DNA of 32,000 nucleotides from Chlamydiales bacterium (GCA_965261025.1 OZ253438.1:90001-122000); one strand, 5' to 3'. Positions 17,445 through 25,614 are shown, numbered from the stretch's first letter. The notes: generated by a model not told the origin, from the sequence alone. Translations and numbers: made by a program.

Positions 17445-19028
17445 ATGATACTGGTCAGTCCTAGGCAAAGAGGGGGCATAGAAGAGATACCTCCTCACGA
17501 GCTGCCTGAGCTAATAGAAAGAATTAAAGAACGTATTCAGCAGAATTCAATAGTAACACAGCTTAGCCTACTACCTTCATTTTCTGATTTTGCTTTAACA
17601 ACGAATCAACGAATTTGGAAAAAGATCAAATCGGATCTAACGGAAGACAACCTTTTTACAAGTTTTTATGAGTTTTGTGAAACTTTTTGGCAAATTATGC
17701 AAAATAGCAGCATTAGGCAAGATAAAGTAAGGCTTCTTTTAGAGAAAATACAAGGTTTTTCCAACGATCCGCTGCTTTCGACTATTACAGTTTTTGGGAT
17801 AAAGAAGTTTCATGTTTTGCGGCTTTTTTCTAAAGATTCCCTTGCAAATCTAATACGCCAAGTTGCAAGCCCCGATGTTTCTAGGGGGAACTTACAGGAT
17901 TCCATCACTTTTAGCGCACCGGTTCCATTTGAGCTGAAAGGCAATTTGGAAGAAGAGTTAGCAAGGCAAGTCGACCATTTAATAGAGACTATGGTTTTAA
18001 CAAGACAAATTTTTTTTATGCAGGAGTGTTTAAAGAAAATAGGAGCCGGGGATTTTTTTTCAACTTATCAGAATTTATTGCAAGGCGCTAGAGAAACCAG
18101 AAATCAGTTCGAGGAAAATTTTGCCTCCCCTGTCGTTCCTAATAGACCTTGCGAAAAAAGTAGCAGGGATAGCTGTTCTTTTGCTTTTAACTTCAACCTA
18201 GTTACCTTAGTGACTCAGTTTTTTCCAGGAGGGCAAGAAAATACTGCTATGCAACATACTAATATTAATGCGCCTTCTGAAGGAGAACAGAGACAAAAAA
18301 GAAGCAAAACGATAACCCATGTTACAGAAATTTTAGAGGGGATATATAAATTGGAATCTTCGCAGGAGATGAGAAAGAAAGCTACCTCAAGCAATCAAAT
18401 CTTTTGGAATACAATAGTCTCAAAGACAGAAGGAGTTGAGTGGTATGGAGAATTTTCACAGATTTGTAAGAACTTTTTGGATTTACACAAAAGATGTGAG
18501 GATCTCGAATCTGTAATGGTTAGAAAGGAAGCCATTGGTTTACAAGTAGGAATTCTTAAGGATAAAAAGAAACTTGACCTGTTATCTCAAAAGGTAGGGG
18601 AAACTTTAATTGAAGAAATAGCCTTACTACAGATCAGGTTTTTTGGGCAACATTTTCTAGAAATGGAAGCGGATCTGGACCGTTTTCTAGAAAATATTCA
18701 CTATTATAACCATAGCCCTCGAGAGTTTGTAACTATTCTTACCTGTTTTAGTGATTTTGCGAGTATGCGTCGGATAGATGCATTTGATAGGTATTTAGCA
18801 AGCGAAAATCAAGCGCTTACTGCTATAGATACTGAAACTAAACCGAGAGAAGAAATTTTTTTTCTAAAGGCCCTGTCTAAAACGTATATGACATTTTTTA
18901 TGCAAGCTGCCCTCTCACATTTTCAGAATCAAATGAAGTATTACCGGTCTAAAAAAATAAACTCTTTTTTAGCAGATCTTAATACCTATACAAGACAACT
19001 TTCTGCTGTTTTAGATCGTAAAAAGTAA
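17445..19028 (+). CDS. Hypothetical 527-aa protein (orphan, predicted helical)
   Basis: Long ORF preceded by GGGAG 8 nt before the ATG. No recognisable catalytic motif, TM segment or signal peptide. Its N-terminus resembles that of the 866-aa ORF (see findings). Confidence 0.7.
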   Translation: MILVSPRQRGGIEEIPPHELPELIERIKERIQQNSIVTQLSLLPSFSDFALTTNQRIWKKIKSDLTEDNLFTSFYEFCETFWQIMQNSSIRQDKVRLLLEKIQGFSNDPLLSTITVFGIKKFHVLRLFSKDSLANLIRQVASPDVSRGNLQDSITFSAPVPFELKGNLEEELARQVDHLIETMVLTRQIFFMQECLKKIGAGDFFSTYQNLLQGARETRNQFEENFASPVVPNRPCEKSSRDSCSFAFNFNLVTLVTQFFPGGQENTAMQHTNINAPSEGEQRQKRSKTITHVTEILEGIYKLESSQEMRKKATSSNQIFWNTIVSKTEGVEWYGEFSQICKNFLDLHKRCEDLESVMVRKEAIGLQVGILKDKKKLDLLSQKVGETLIEEIALLQIRFFGQHFLEMEADLDRFLENIHYYNHSPREFVTILTCFSDFASMRRIDAFDRYLASENQALTAIDTETKPREEIFFLKALSKTYMTFFMQAALSHFQNQMKYYRSKKINSFLADLNTYTRQLSAVLDRKK

Positions 19029-19044
19029 ATTCATGAACGAAACT

Positions 19045-19075
19045 GCGTAACTTAAGTTAGAATGCTTAAGCACGC
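19045..19075 (+). other. Imperfect hairpin 17 nt downstream of the 527-aa ORF stop
   Basis: GCGT-aa-CTTAAG / ttagaatg / CTTAAG-c-ACGC: 4 + 6 bp with a small internal loop and an 8-nt loop. No T-tract follows, so it is not a classical terminator. Confidence 0.25.
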
Positions 19076-19551
19076 AACTTGCATCATGGCAGGGTATTTT
19101 GTGTGATAATTTTTCAAGAAAAATCTAATCCTAATATCGTCTATTCATACAAATATAGAGAATTTCATGCTGGGGAATACTCATCAAATTGGGGGGTATT
19201 GAGTATACTAGTTTTGGCTAGGCAGATGTTTTTTTGTCACTAGATCTGCTGTTTTTGAACCCGGGAGCTTTTCGCCATTTGGAGAAATAACATGACGGCC
19301 CATTTTGCTTTTTTCTCTTCTTAGCAGAGAACTAAGACCAGAGAATATTTCTGGAGCGGTAGGTTTTTTTATTCTTGAAATCAAAAAAATCCCATTTTAA
19401 TTATATTAAAGTCTTTTTTTAATTATATAAAAATTAATTTTCCTTGTCAATTTCATGATTTTTTTGAAAATTAAAGAGCGTCCTGCGTTTAGCTAAGATA
19501 TGACAGCTATTTTTCTAAGTTATTTATATTGAAAATATTATATTTCTCTTA

Positions 19552-22314
19552 ATGAAAAGATTTTGTGAGAAAAAGGAGCTTTTCTTAAAAGTCTTTTATT
19601 GGGAAAATAGAGAGGTGAACCGTTTTGCGCGTAGTAAGATTTTTCTGCTTTTTTGTTTTTTAGGGAGGGCTCTTCTCTCTTTACGGTATAAAATAGAGAT
19701 AAGGGGAAAGGAAAAACTTACTCCTGAAAGGCTACATAGAAAGGGGGGTACTCTTTTTCTTCCCAACCATCCTGCACACATTGATCCTTTATTTATCGTT
19801 TTTTCCTTTTGGCCTCAGTTTTTTATGAGACCTTTAGTAGTGGACTACATGTATAGGCTTGCGGGAGTCCATTTTCTCATGAAAATGGTCAAGGCTCTTC
19901 CTATCCCCAATTTTGAAAGTTCGATCAATGAATTGAAACTCAAGCAAGCAGAACAGTCTTTTGCAGCCATTGAAGAAGGGCTTCAGCGAGGGGGTTCTTT
20001 TTTGCTTTATCCTTCTGGAAGGATCAAAGAAGGAGCAAAGGAAATAGTAGGAGGGGCTTCGGCTACTCATTCTCTTTTAGGAAAGATTCCTGAGGCGAAT
20101 GTAGTTTTAATAAGAACTACCGGTCTTTGGGGAAGTATTTTTTCTAGGGCTCTTACCCACAAAAGTCCTGACGTATATAAAAATGTTGTTCGCTCTTTAT
20201 GGATCTTGTGTAAGAACCTCTTTTTTTTCACGCCGAGAAGGAAGGTTATTTTAGAAATAGAGGTAAATCCTTCTGACTTTCCTTGGGATGGCTCTAGAAT
20301 TGAGCTAAATCGCTATTTAGAAAATTGGTATAACCAATATCCTGGCAAACAGGGAATGAGATTTTCTGAAGAGAAAAGATATTTAGTTTCCCATAACTTT
20401 CTTTACCAAGACTTTCCTAAGGTACTTCCTCCTCCTTCCAAGGAGGGAAAAGGCGTGTATAGGCAGGTCCCTCCCAAGGCAAAAAAGGAAATTTATCAAG
20501 AGCTTTCTCTTCTTTCTCACAAAGAGATAAAGGAGATTCGAGAAGAGGAGAGTTTAGCGCTGGATTTAGGGCTGGATTCTTTAAATATAGCGCATCTTAT
20601 TGCCTTTTTATCGGAGAAATTTTCTGTAAAAGGGGTTTTCCCTGAAAATCTTCGTACGGTGCAGGATGTTTTGCAAGCAGCTATCCAAGAAGAAAAAGGA
20701 GGCCGGGAGGAAGAAGAAGATAGCTCTACATGGCCCAAAGAAATACACAGACCTCCAGCAGAAGCTCCTTGCTCAAAGACTATTTTGGAATCTTTTTTGC
20801 GCTCTTGTGATCGGATGAAAGGATTTTCTGCGGTATCTGACGATTTAGTGGGAGTTTTATCTTACAAAAAGTTGAAGCTGGCGGTCCTTGTTTTAGCAAA
20901 GAGTTTAGAAAAGGTTTCAGGAAGGTACATAGCTATTATGTTACCTGCTTCTGTGGGAGCTTATATTTCTATTTTAGCAGTTCTTTTTGCCAAGAAGATA
21001 CCTGTAATGCTTAATTGGACTTTAGGGGCTAAATATCTCAATGAGACAGTAGCGCAAACTCATTCGGAGATCGTCATTAGTTCTTGGCGTTTTTTAGAGA
21101 GGCTCTCTTATGTAGAATTTGGGGAGGTTACTTCAAAGATTCGCTTTTTGGAGGATATTAAGAAAAAAATCTCTTTAAAAGAAAAGCTTGAAGCCCTTTT
21201 TCTCTCAAAGCTTCCTACGAGTCTGTTTTTGAAAATGAAGGGATTCTCTTCAATCAAGGAGAAGGACCCTTGCGTGATTTTGTTCACCTCGGGAACAGAA
21301 ACCCTTCCTAAGGGAGTTCCTCTTTCTCACAAAAATATCTTGTCTGATGAAAACGCAGCAATGCAATGCGTTCGTTTAGATAAAGAGGATATCTTACTGG
21401 GTATTTTGCCTCCTTTTCATTCTTTTGGATTTTCTGTAGCGGGACTTTTTCCCATTTTAGCGGGAGTAAAAGTAGCCTTTTCCCCTGATCCTACTGATAG
21501 TTTTGCTTTGATTAAGGCTGTCCAAAAGTGGAAGGCTACAGTTTTCTGTAGTGCTCCTTCTTTTTTAAAGGCTCTTTTACATGCAGCAGGTTCAAAAGAG
21601 ATTGAAACGATCCGTCTTTTTATAACGGGAGCAGAAAAAACTCCAAAGGAGCTTTATGAAAAGGTACGAGCTTTAGGAAAAAATACATCCTTAGTGGAAG
21701 GATATGGAATTACAGAGTGCTCTCCCATCCTTACGCTAAACCGTCCTAATCTTCCTTCAAAAGGGGTAGGACAGCCTCTACCAGGGGTCGAGTTTTGTAT
21801 AATTCATCCTGAGACAAAGGAGTTATTACAAAATAGCCAGGAAGGGGAACTTTGCGTCAAAGGACCTAATGTTTTTGAGGGGTACTTAGGGGAGGTTCCT
21901 TCTCCCTTCATCCAGATAAAAGGAGAGACTTGGTATAGAACAGGAGATTTAGGTCACTTTGATGATAAGGGAAACCTTATTTTGTCAGGGAGATTAAAAA
22001 GGTTTACTAAGCTAGGAGGAGAAATGATTAGCTTAGGAGGTCTTGAAGAGATTTTAAATCAGACCTATCCCGCTAAAGAGGAAAAGTATAATTTTGCTGT
22101 TTGTGCTCAAGAAAAAGAAGGAGAGCCTTCTTTTTTAGCTGTTTTTACTACAGAAAGCCTTTCTGAAAAAGAGATTAACCATCTTCTTAAGAAAAAAGGA
22201 TTTAGCAGGTTAGTGAAAGTACAAAAAGTGATTCAGTTGCAAGAGATCCCTATTACGGGAACAGGGAAAATTGATTATCGTAAATTACAAGGAATGTTGG
22301 AGATAGGAACGTGA
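19552..22314 (+). CDS. aas: Tri-domain Aas-like protein: lysophospholipid acyltransferase + acyl-carrier domain + acyl-ACP synthetase (AMP-forming)
   Basis: The N-terminus has PlsC-type motifs NHPAHIDP (HX4D, residues 73-78) and YPSGRI. The middle has LGLDSLNIAHLIAFL (phosphopantetheine-type DSL, Ser343, nt 20578-20580). The C-terminus has adenylate-forming motifs LFTSGTETLPKG, EGYGITECSP, YRTGDLG, GRLKRFTKLGGEMIS and GTGKIDYRKL. No SD is obvious at ATG 19552. Confidence 0.85.
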   Translation: MKRFCEKKELFLKVFYWENREVNRFARSKIFLLFCFLGRALLSLRYKIEIRGKEKLTPERLHRKGGTLFLPNHPAHIDPLFIVFSFWPQFFMRPLVVDYMYRLAGVHFLMKMVKALPIPNFESSINELKLKQAEQSFAAIEEGLQRGGSFLLYPSGRIKEGAKEIVGGASATHSLLGKIPEANVVLIRTTGLWGSIFSRALTHKSPDVYKNVVRSLWILCKNLFFFTPRRKVILEIEVNPSDFPWDGSRIELNRYLENWYNQYPGKQGMRFSEEKRYLVSHNFLYQDFPKVLPPPSKEGKGVYRQVPPKAKKEIYQELSLLSHKEIKEIREEESLALDLGLDSLNIAHLIAFLSEKFSVKGVFPENLRTVQDVLQAAIQEEKGGREEEEDSSTWPKEIHRPPAEAPCSKTILESFLRSCDRMKGFSAVSDDLVGVLSYKKLKLAVLVLAKSLEKVSGRYIAIMLPASVGAYISILAVLFAKKIPVMLNWTLGAKYLNETVAQTHSEIVISSWRFLERLSYVEFGEVTSKIRFLEDIKKKISLKEKLEALFLSKLPTSLFLKMKGFSSIKEKDPCVILFTSGTETLPKGVPLSHKNILSDENAAMQCVRLDKEDILLGILPPFHSFGFSVAGLFPILAGVKVAFSPDPTDSFALIKAVQKWKATVFCSAPSFLKALLHAAGSKEIETIRLFITGAEKTPKELYEKVRALGKNTSLVEGYGITECSPILTLNRPNLPSKGVGQPLPGVEFCIIHPETKELLQNSQEGELCVKGPNVFEGYLGEVPSPFIQIKGETWYRTGDLGHFDDKGNLILSGRLKRFTKLGGEMISLGGLEEILNQTYPAKEEKYNFAVCAQEKEGEPSFLAVFTTESLSEKEINHLLKKKGFSRLVKVQKVIQLQEIPITGTGKIDYRKLQGMLEIGT

Positions 22315-22319
22315 CTTTG

Positions 22320-23711
22320 ATGCTGTATAACACATTATCTCAAAAACAAGAGCCGTTTACCTCTAAAAAGAAGATCCATCTCTACACTTGTGGGCCTACC
22401 GTTTACCATTTTGCTCATATTGGGAATTTTCGTGCTTATGTTTTTGAAGATTTTTTAAAAAGAACCTTAAGGTATTTAGGGTTTTCTGTAGTTCATGTAA
22501 TGAATATTACAGATTTGGATGACAAAACGATTCTTTGCGCTAAGGAAAAAGGAATTTCTCTACAAGAGTATACAGAGCCTTTTACAAAAGCTTTTTTCGA
22601 GGATTTAGAAAAGCTGCAAATTGATCCTGCTAATTTTTACCCTAAAGCAACTGAATATATTCCCCAAATGGTAGAGATGATTCAGATTCTACAAGAAAAA
22701 GGGATTGCTTATACGGGAAAGGATGGGTCTGTTTATTTTTCCATTCAAAAGTTTCCCTCTTATGGAAAACTTTCTCATTTTTGTCTACAAGAGCTTAAAG
22801 AAGGAGCTTCTGAAAGAATTCAGCAAGACGAGTATGAAAAAGATAATGCCTCTGACTTTGTTCTTTGGAAGCTCTATGATCCGAAAAGAGATGGAGAGAC
22901 CTTTTGGCAGACTCCTTTAGGAAAAGGAAGGCCTGGTTGGCATATTGAATGTTCTGCTATGGCAAGAGCTTTTTTGGGAGATACCATAGATATTCATTGC
23001 GGAGGAGTGGATAACATTTTTCCTCATCATGAAAATGAAATTGCTCAAACAGAGAGCTGTACTGGAAAGCTTTTTGCGAGATTCTGGCTTCACGTGGAAC
23101 ATCTGAAGGTGGATAATAAAAAGATGTCTAAGTCTCTTGGCAATTTTTATACCCTTCGAGATCTGTTGCAGAAGGGTTTTTCAGCAAGAGAAATTCGTTA
23201 TATGCTCTTGCAAACCCACTACAGAACCCCTTTAAACTTCACCTTTCAAGAGATGGAAGCGGTAAGAATTTCTTTGAAGCGTCTACAGGACTTTATCCAA
23301 AGGCTTTTAGAAAAAACAGAAAAGGAAACAGCGGAGGAAGTTTTTTCGTTTTTAGAAAAACAGGAAACCTCTTTTATTAAGGCGCTACAAGAGGATTTAA
23401 ACATAGCTAAAGCGTTAGCTATTTTGTTCGATACAATGCGCCAAGGGAACCTATTTTTAGAGGAAAAAAAACTCGGAGTAAAAGGGAAAAAGGCTTTTTA
23501 TGCTCAATTACAAAAGTGGGATGAGGTTTTTGCTTTTCTTTCTTTTGAGGAAGAAAAACTTCCTTCTTCTATTCAAAAACTGGTAGAGGCAAGAGAGAAG
23601 GCAAGGAAAGAAAAGGATTGGGCAAAATCGGATATTTTGAGGGAGGAAATTCTACAGCAAGGCTTTTTCGTAGAAGACACTCCTCAAGGCATTCGGGTTA
23701 AAAAAAGGTAA
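22320..23711 (+). CDS. cysS: Cysteinyl-tRNA synthetase
   Basis: Contains a HIGH-type motif (AHIGNFRAY), KMSKS, and WHIECSAM / HCGGVDNIFPHHENE. ATG 22320 gives MLYNTLSQKQEPF, the canonical CysRS N-terminus. A GTG at 22311 overlapping the aas stop is the ORF-track alternative. Confidence 0.95.
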   Translation: MLYNTLSQKQEPFTSKKKIHLYTCGPTVYHFAHIGNFRAYVFEDFLKRTLRYLGFSVVHVMNITDLDDKTILCAKEKGISLQEYTEPFTKAFFEDLEKLQIDPANFYPKATEYIPQMVEMIQILQEKGIAYTGKDGSVYFSIQKFPSYGKLSHFCLQELKEGASERIQQDEYEKDNASDFVLWKLYDPKRDGETFWQTPLGKGRPGWHIECSAMARAFLGDTIDIHCGGVDNIFPHHENEIAQTESCTGKLFARFWLHVEHLKVDNKKMSKSLGNFYTLRDLLQKGFSAREIRYMLLQTHYRTPLNFTFQEMEAVRISLKRLQDFIQRLLEKTEKETAEEVFSFLEKQETSFIKALQEDLNIAKALAILFDTMRQGNLFLEEKKLGVKGKKAFYAQLQKWDEVFAFLSFEEEKLPSSIQKLVEAREKARKEKDWAKSDILREEILQQGFFVEDTPQGIRVKKR

Positions 23712-23723
23712 GGATGTAAGATC

Positions 23724-24377
23724 TTAGAAGAAGGTAGAAAAAAAGGCAGAAATGCTACTTTTTGTTTTCACTGGCTTAGAAGTTTTTAACACAGGCTCTT
23801 CTATCTCAAGACCTAGGATTTTTCCTTTATCGAAAGTACAAGAGAATCCCTGTTCAAACTCTCCCATTTGAGAAGCCTCTTTTTGCATTCCTTTTGTTAT
23901 CATTCCTTTAGCGAGGAAATAAGCCTTTTTTTCCGCGCCTTGTAAGCTAGTTGATATTTCAATATGGTACTCCTTTAGAATAGGATAGGGAGAAGCTTCC
24001 GGATCATGTGCTTCTTCGGCTTGGATAAAGGCAGCTTGCAATGCATTCATACAAAGACCCCGTATTCCCTGGTCGAAAAGAGCTACTAAAGTAGGAATAT
24101 TTTCTTCTAGTTTCTTTTTTTGTTTTTCAGTTTCCAAGAGATCTTTTAGATCTTGCTGGTCTTCTTTCTTTTTTAAATTTAGACAGGTACCAAAATAATT
24201 GACGGTGACATTCGAAGATCTTTTTATATCTGCATCAATATTAGGCCATTGAACCCGGCTAAGGGCTTGATTTATTTTCCCTAAAGAAAAATCTTCATCA
24301 TTGCATTTGTGATAAAACGTCTCTATAACTTTAGCATATTCTTTAGAAGAGGGTACCTTTTCTGATAAGGGGCTCAT
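23724..24377 (-). CDS. Hypothetical 217-aa protein, second gene of orphan operon
   Basis: The start is reassigned to ATG 24375-24377 (MSPLSEKV). It is preceded by TAAGGAGAATCGT, in which TAA is the stop of the upstream gene and GGAG the SD. The ORF-track extension to 24452 lies inside the upstream gene. No family motif recognised. Confidence 0.65.
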   Translation of the reverse strand: MSPLSEKVPSSKEYAKVIETFYHKCNDEDFSLGKINQALSRVQWPNIDADIKRSSNVTVNYFGTCLNLKKKEDQQDLKDLLETEKQKKKLEENIPTLVALFDQGIRGLCMNALQAAFIQAEEAHDPEASPYPILKEYHIEISTSLQGAEKKAYFLAKGMITKGMQKEASQMGEFEQGFSCTFDKGKILGLEIEEPVLKTSKPVKTKSSISAFFSTFF

Positions 24378-24387
24378 ACGATTCTCC

Positions 24388-25539
24388 TTAAGCCATATCG
24401 TTTTCTTTTGGGCTGGGAATTTCGGTATCGGAAGAATTTGTAGTAGAGTCATCAGTAGATATCTGTTGAAAACGAGGGCTTCTTGGGGTAGTTACGACTT
24501 CAATTCCAGCAAAAGGAGATGGGTCGTTAGTAAAACCTTCTATATCTGAAAAGGTATTACGGATGTTTTGTTTAAGGGTTACTGAAGATCTTAAAAAGAC
24601 GTAGGAACGAACCCCTTGGAGAAGTAAAATTACTCCCGGGAGAATGGTAGAGGCTATTTCTAGTTTCGAAGAGGCTTCTTCCCCTATTTTTCCAGAGGTT
24701 TCTTCCACTGTTTCTGCCGAAGCTAATAATAGCTCTATTACAGCAAGGGAAACAGTGGTAATACGGAAATAGGCTCTAGGTTTTAAAAAAGCAAGGAGCT
24801 TTTCTCTTAGCGCTTCTTGGCTTGTCGGATTAAGAGTACTTAGCGGCCCTGTCAGTGAAGCAGGGAAAGTACGATCATAAATAGAAGGATTTCCTTGAGC
24901 CTCGAGCGCGTATTCACCCCTAAAGAAATTGGCTACTTGTTCTGAAGTATTTTCTTTAATTTTATGAAGCAGTTTGTATTCACGAGAAAGGTCCGCTGTT
25001 TCCAAAGCAGTGTTAATCAAAGAGCCAGTTAAAGCAAGAAACACTTCCTCTTCCGTGGTAAGAGGTAGTAGATCACTTTCCCAAGAATCCGTAGTTTTGA
25101 TTAAAAAAGAGGCTGTAGTGACAGATACTAAAGCTGCCCTCATGAGCTTGGAAAGACCCTGACAGATTAATTTGTTGTTTTTCTCTCGTATTCCTTGCTG
25201 TATATCCTTAACTGTAGAGACAAGATCTAATGTTCCTCTATCAAGGTAGCCTAAAGCTTTTTTTACTCGTTCTGCGGTGTTTTGTGCACTTAGCTGAACA
25301 GAAAAGGCACAGTCTTTTGCCCCCGTTACGCACGTTTCAACACCTGCTATGCAAGATTTATAAGCAGCAGTGCAACAAGCATTAGTTCCTTCTTTACAGG
25401 CTAAAGAAGCTTGCCTTATAGAGTCTACTTTTTTAGAAATAGCACTCTTTGTCAAGGCGGCAAATCGTGTGATGGGATAGGCTACCACATGATAAGTCCT
25501 GGCAGCTCCATTAGTTACTTTAGATAAGCAGTCGTGCAT
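24388..25539 (-). CDS. Hypothetical 383-aa protein with heptad cysteine ladder, first gene of orphan operon
   Basis: SD AAGGAAG lies 7 nt before the ATG, with a near-consensus promoter upstream. Residues 48-77 carry Cys every 7 residues. Two short hydrophobic stretches occur near residues 258-310, followed by an S/T/P/D-rich tail. No signal peptide. Confidence 0.7.
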   Translation of the reverse strand: MHDCLSKVTNGAARTYHVVAYPITRFAALTKSAISKKVDSIRQASLACKEGTNACCTAAYKSCIAGVETCVTGAKDCAFSVQLSAQNTAERVKKALGYLDRGTLDLVSTVKDIQQGIREKNNKLICQGLSKLMRAALVSVTTASFLIKTTDSWESDLLPLTTEEEVFLALTGSLINTALETADLSREYKLLHKIKENTSEQVANFFRGEYALEAQGNPSIYDRTFPASLTGPLSTLNPTSQEALREKLLAFLKPRAYFRITTVSLAVIELLLASAETVEETSGKIGEEASSKLEIASTILPGVILLLQGVRSYVFLRSSVTLKQNIRNTFSDIEGFTNDPSPFAGIEVVTTPRSPRFQQISTDDSTTNSSDTEIPSPKENDMA

Positions 25540-25585
25540 AATTAAACTTCCTTATTTATTTTAATTTTTTAACGAAACTTTAATT

Positions 25586-25614
25586 ATTATAATTAATTTG
25601 TTTTAAAAAGTCAA
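25586..25614 (-). promoter_or_regulatory. Near-consensus sigma70/sigma66-type promoter for the 383-aa/217-aa operon
   Basis: The minus strand reads TTGACT (25614-25609), a 17-nt spacer (ttttaaaacaaattaat), then TATAAT (25591-25586). It is about 47 nt upstream of the ATG at 25539, within a 228-bp very AT-rich spacer. Confidence 0.55.

Noticed and set aside
17240-17464. 74-codon GTG-initiated ORF spanning the spacer between the 83-aa ORF and the 527-aa ORF.
   Set aside because: It has no SD. It overlaps both neighbouring start codons and covers what should be the divergent promoter region. Its composition looks non-coding.
17445-19028. Impression that the orphan ORF regions have a different base composition (possible horizontal acquisition).
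   Set aside because: Hand counts of a few 60-nt lines gave 32-48% GC inside the 527-aa ORF, against about 35-40% for two lines counted elsewhere in the window. That sample is too small and too variable to support a compositional-island claim without a proper sliding-window or codon-usage calculation.
24388-25539. Calling the 383-aa protein an inclusion-membrane (Inc) protein.
   Set aside because: Inc proteins have a bilobed hydrophobic domain of about 40-60 residues with a very short loop. Here the two hydrophobic stretches are only about 16 residues each and are separated by a ~20-residue strongly charged segment. The hallmark is therefore not met.
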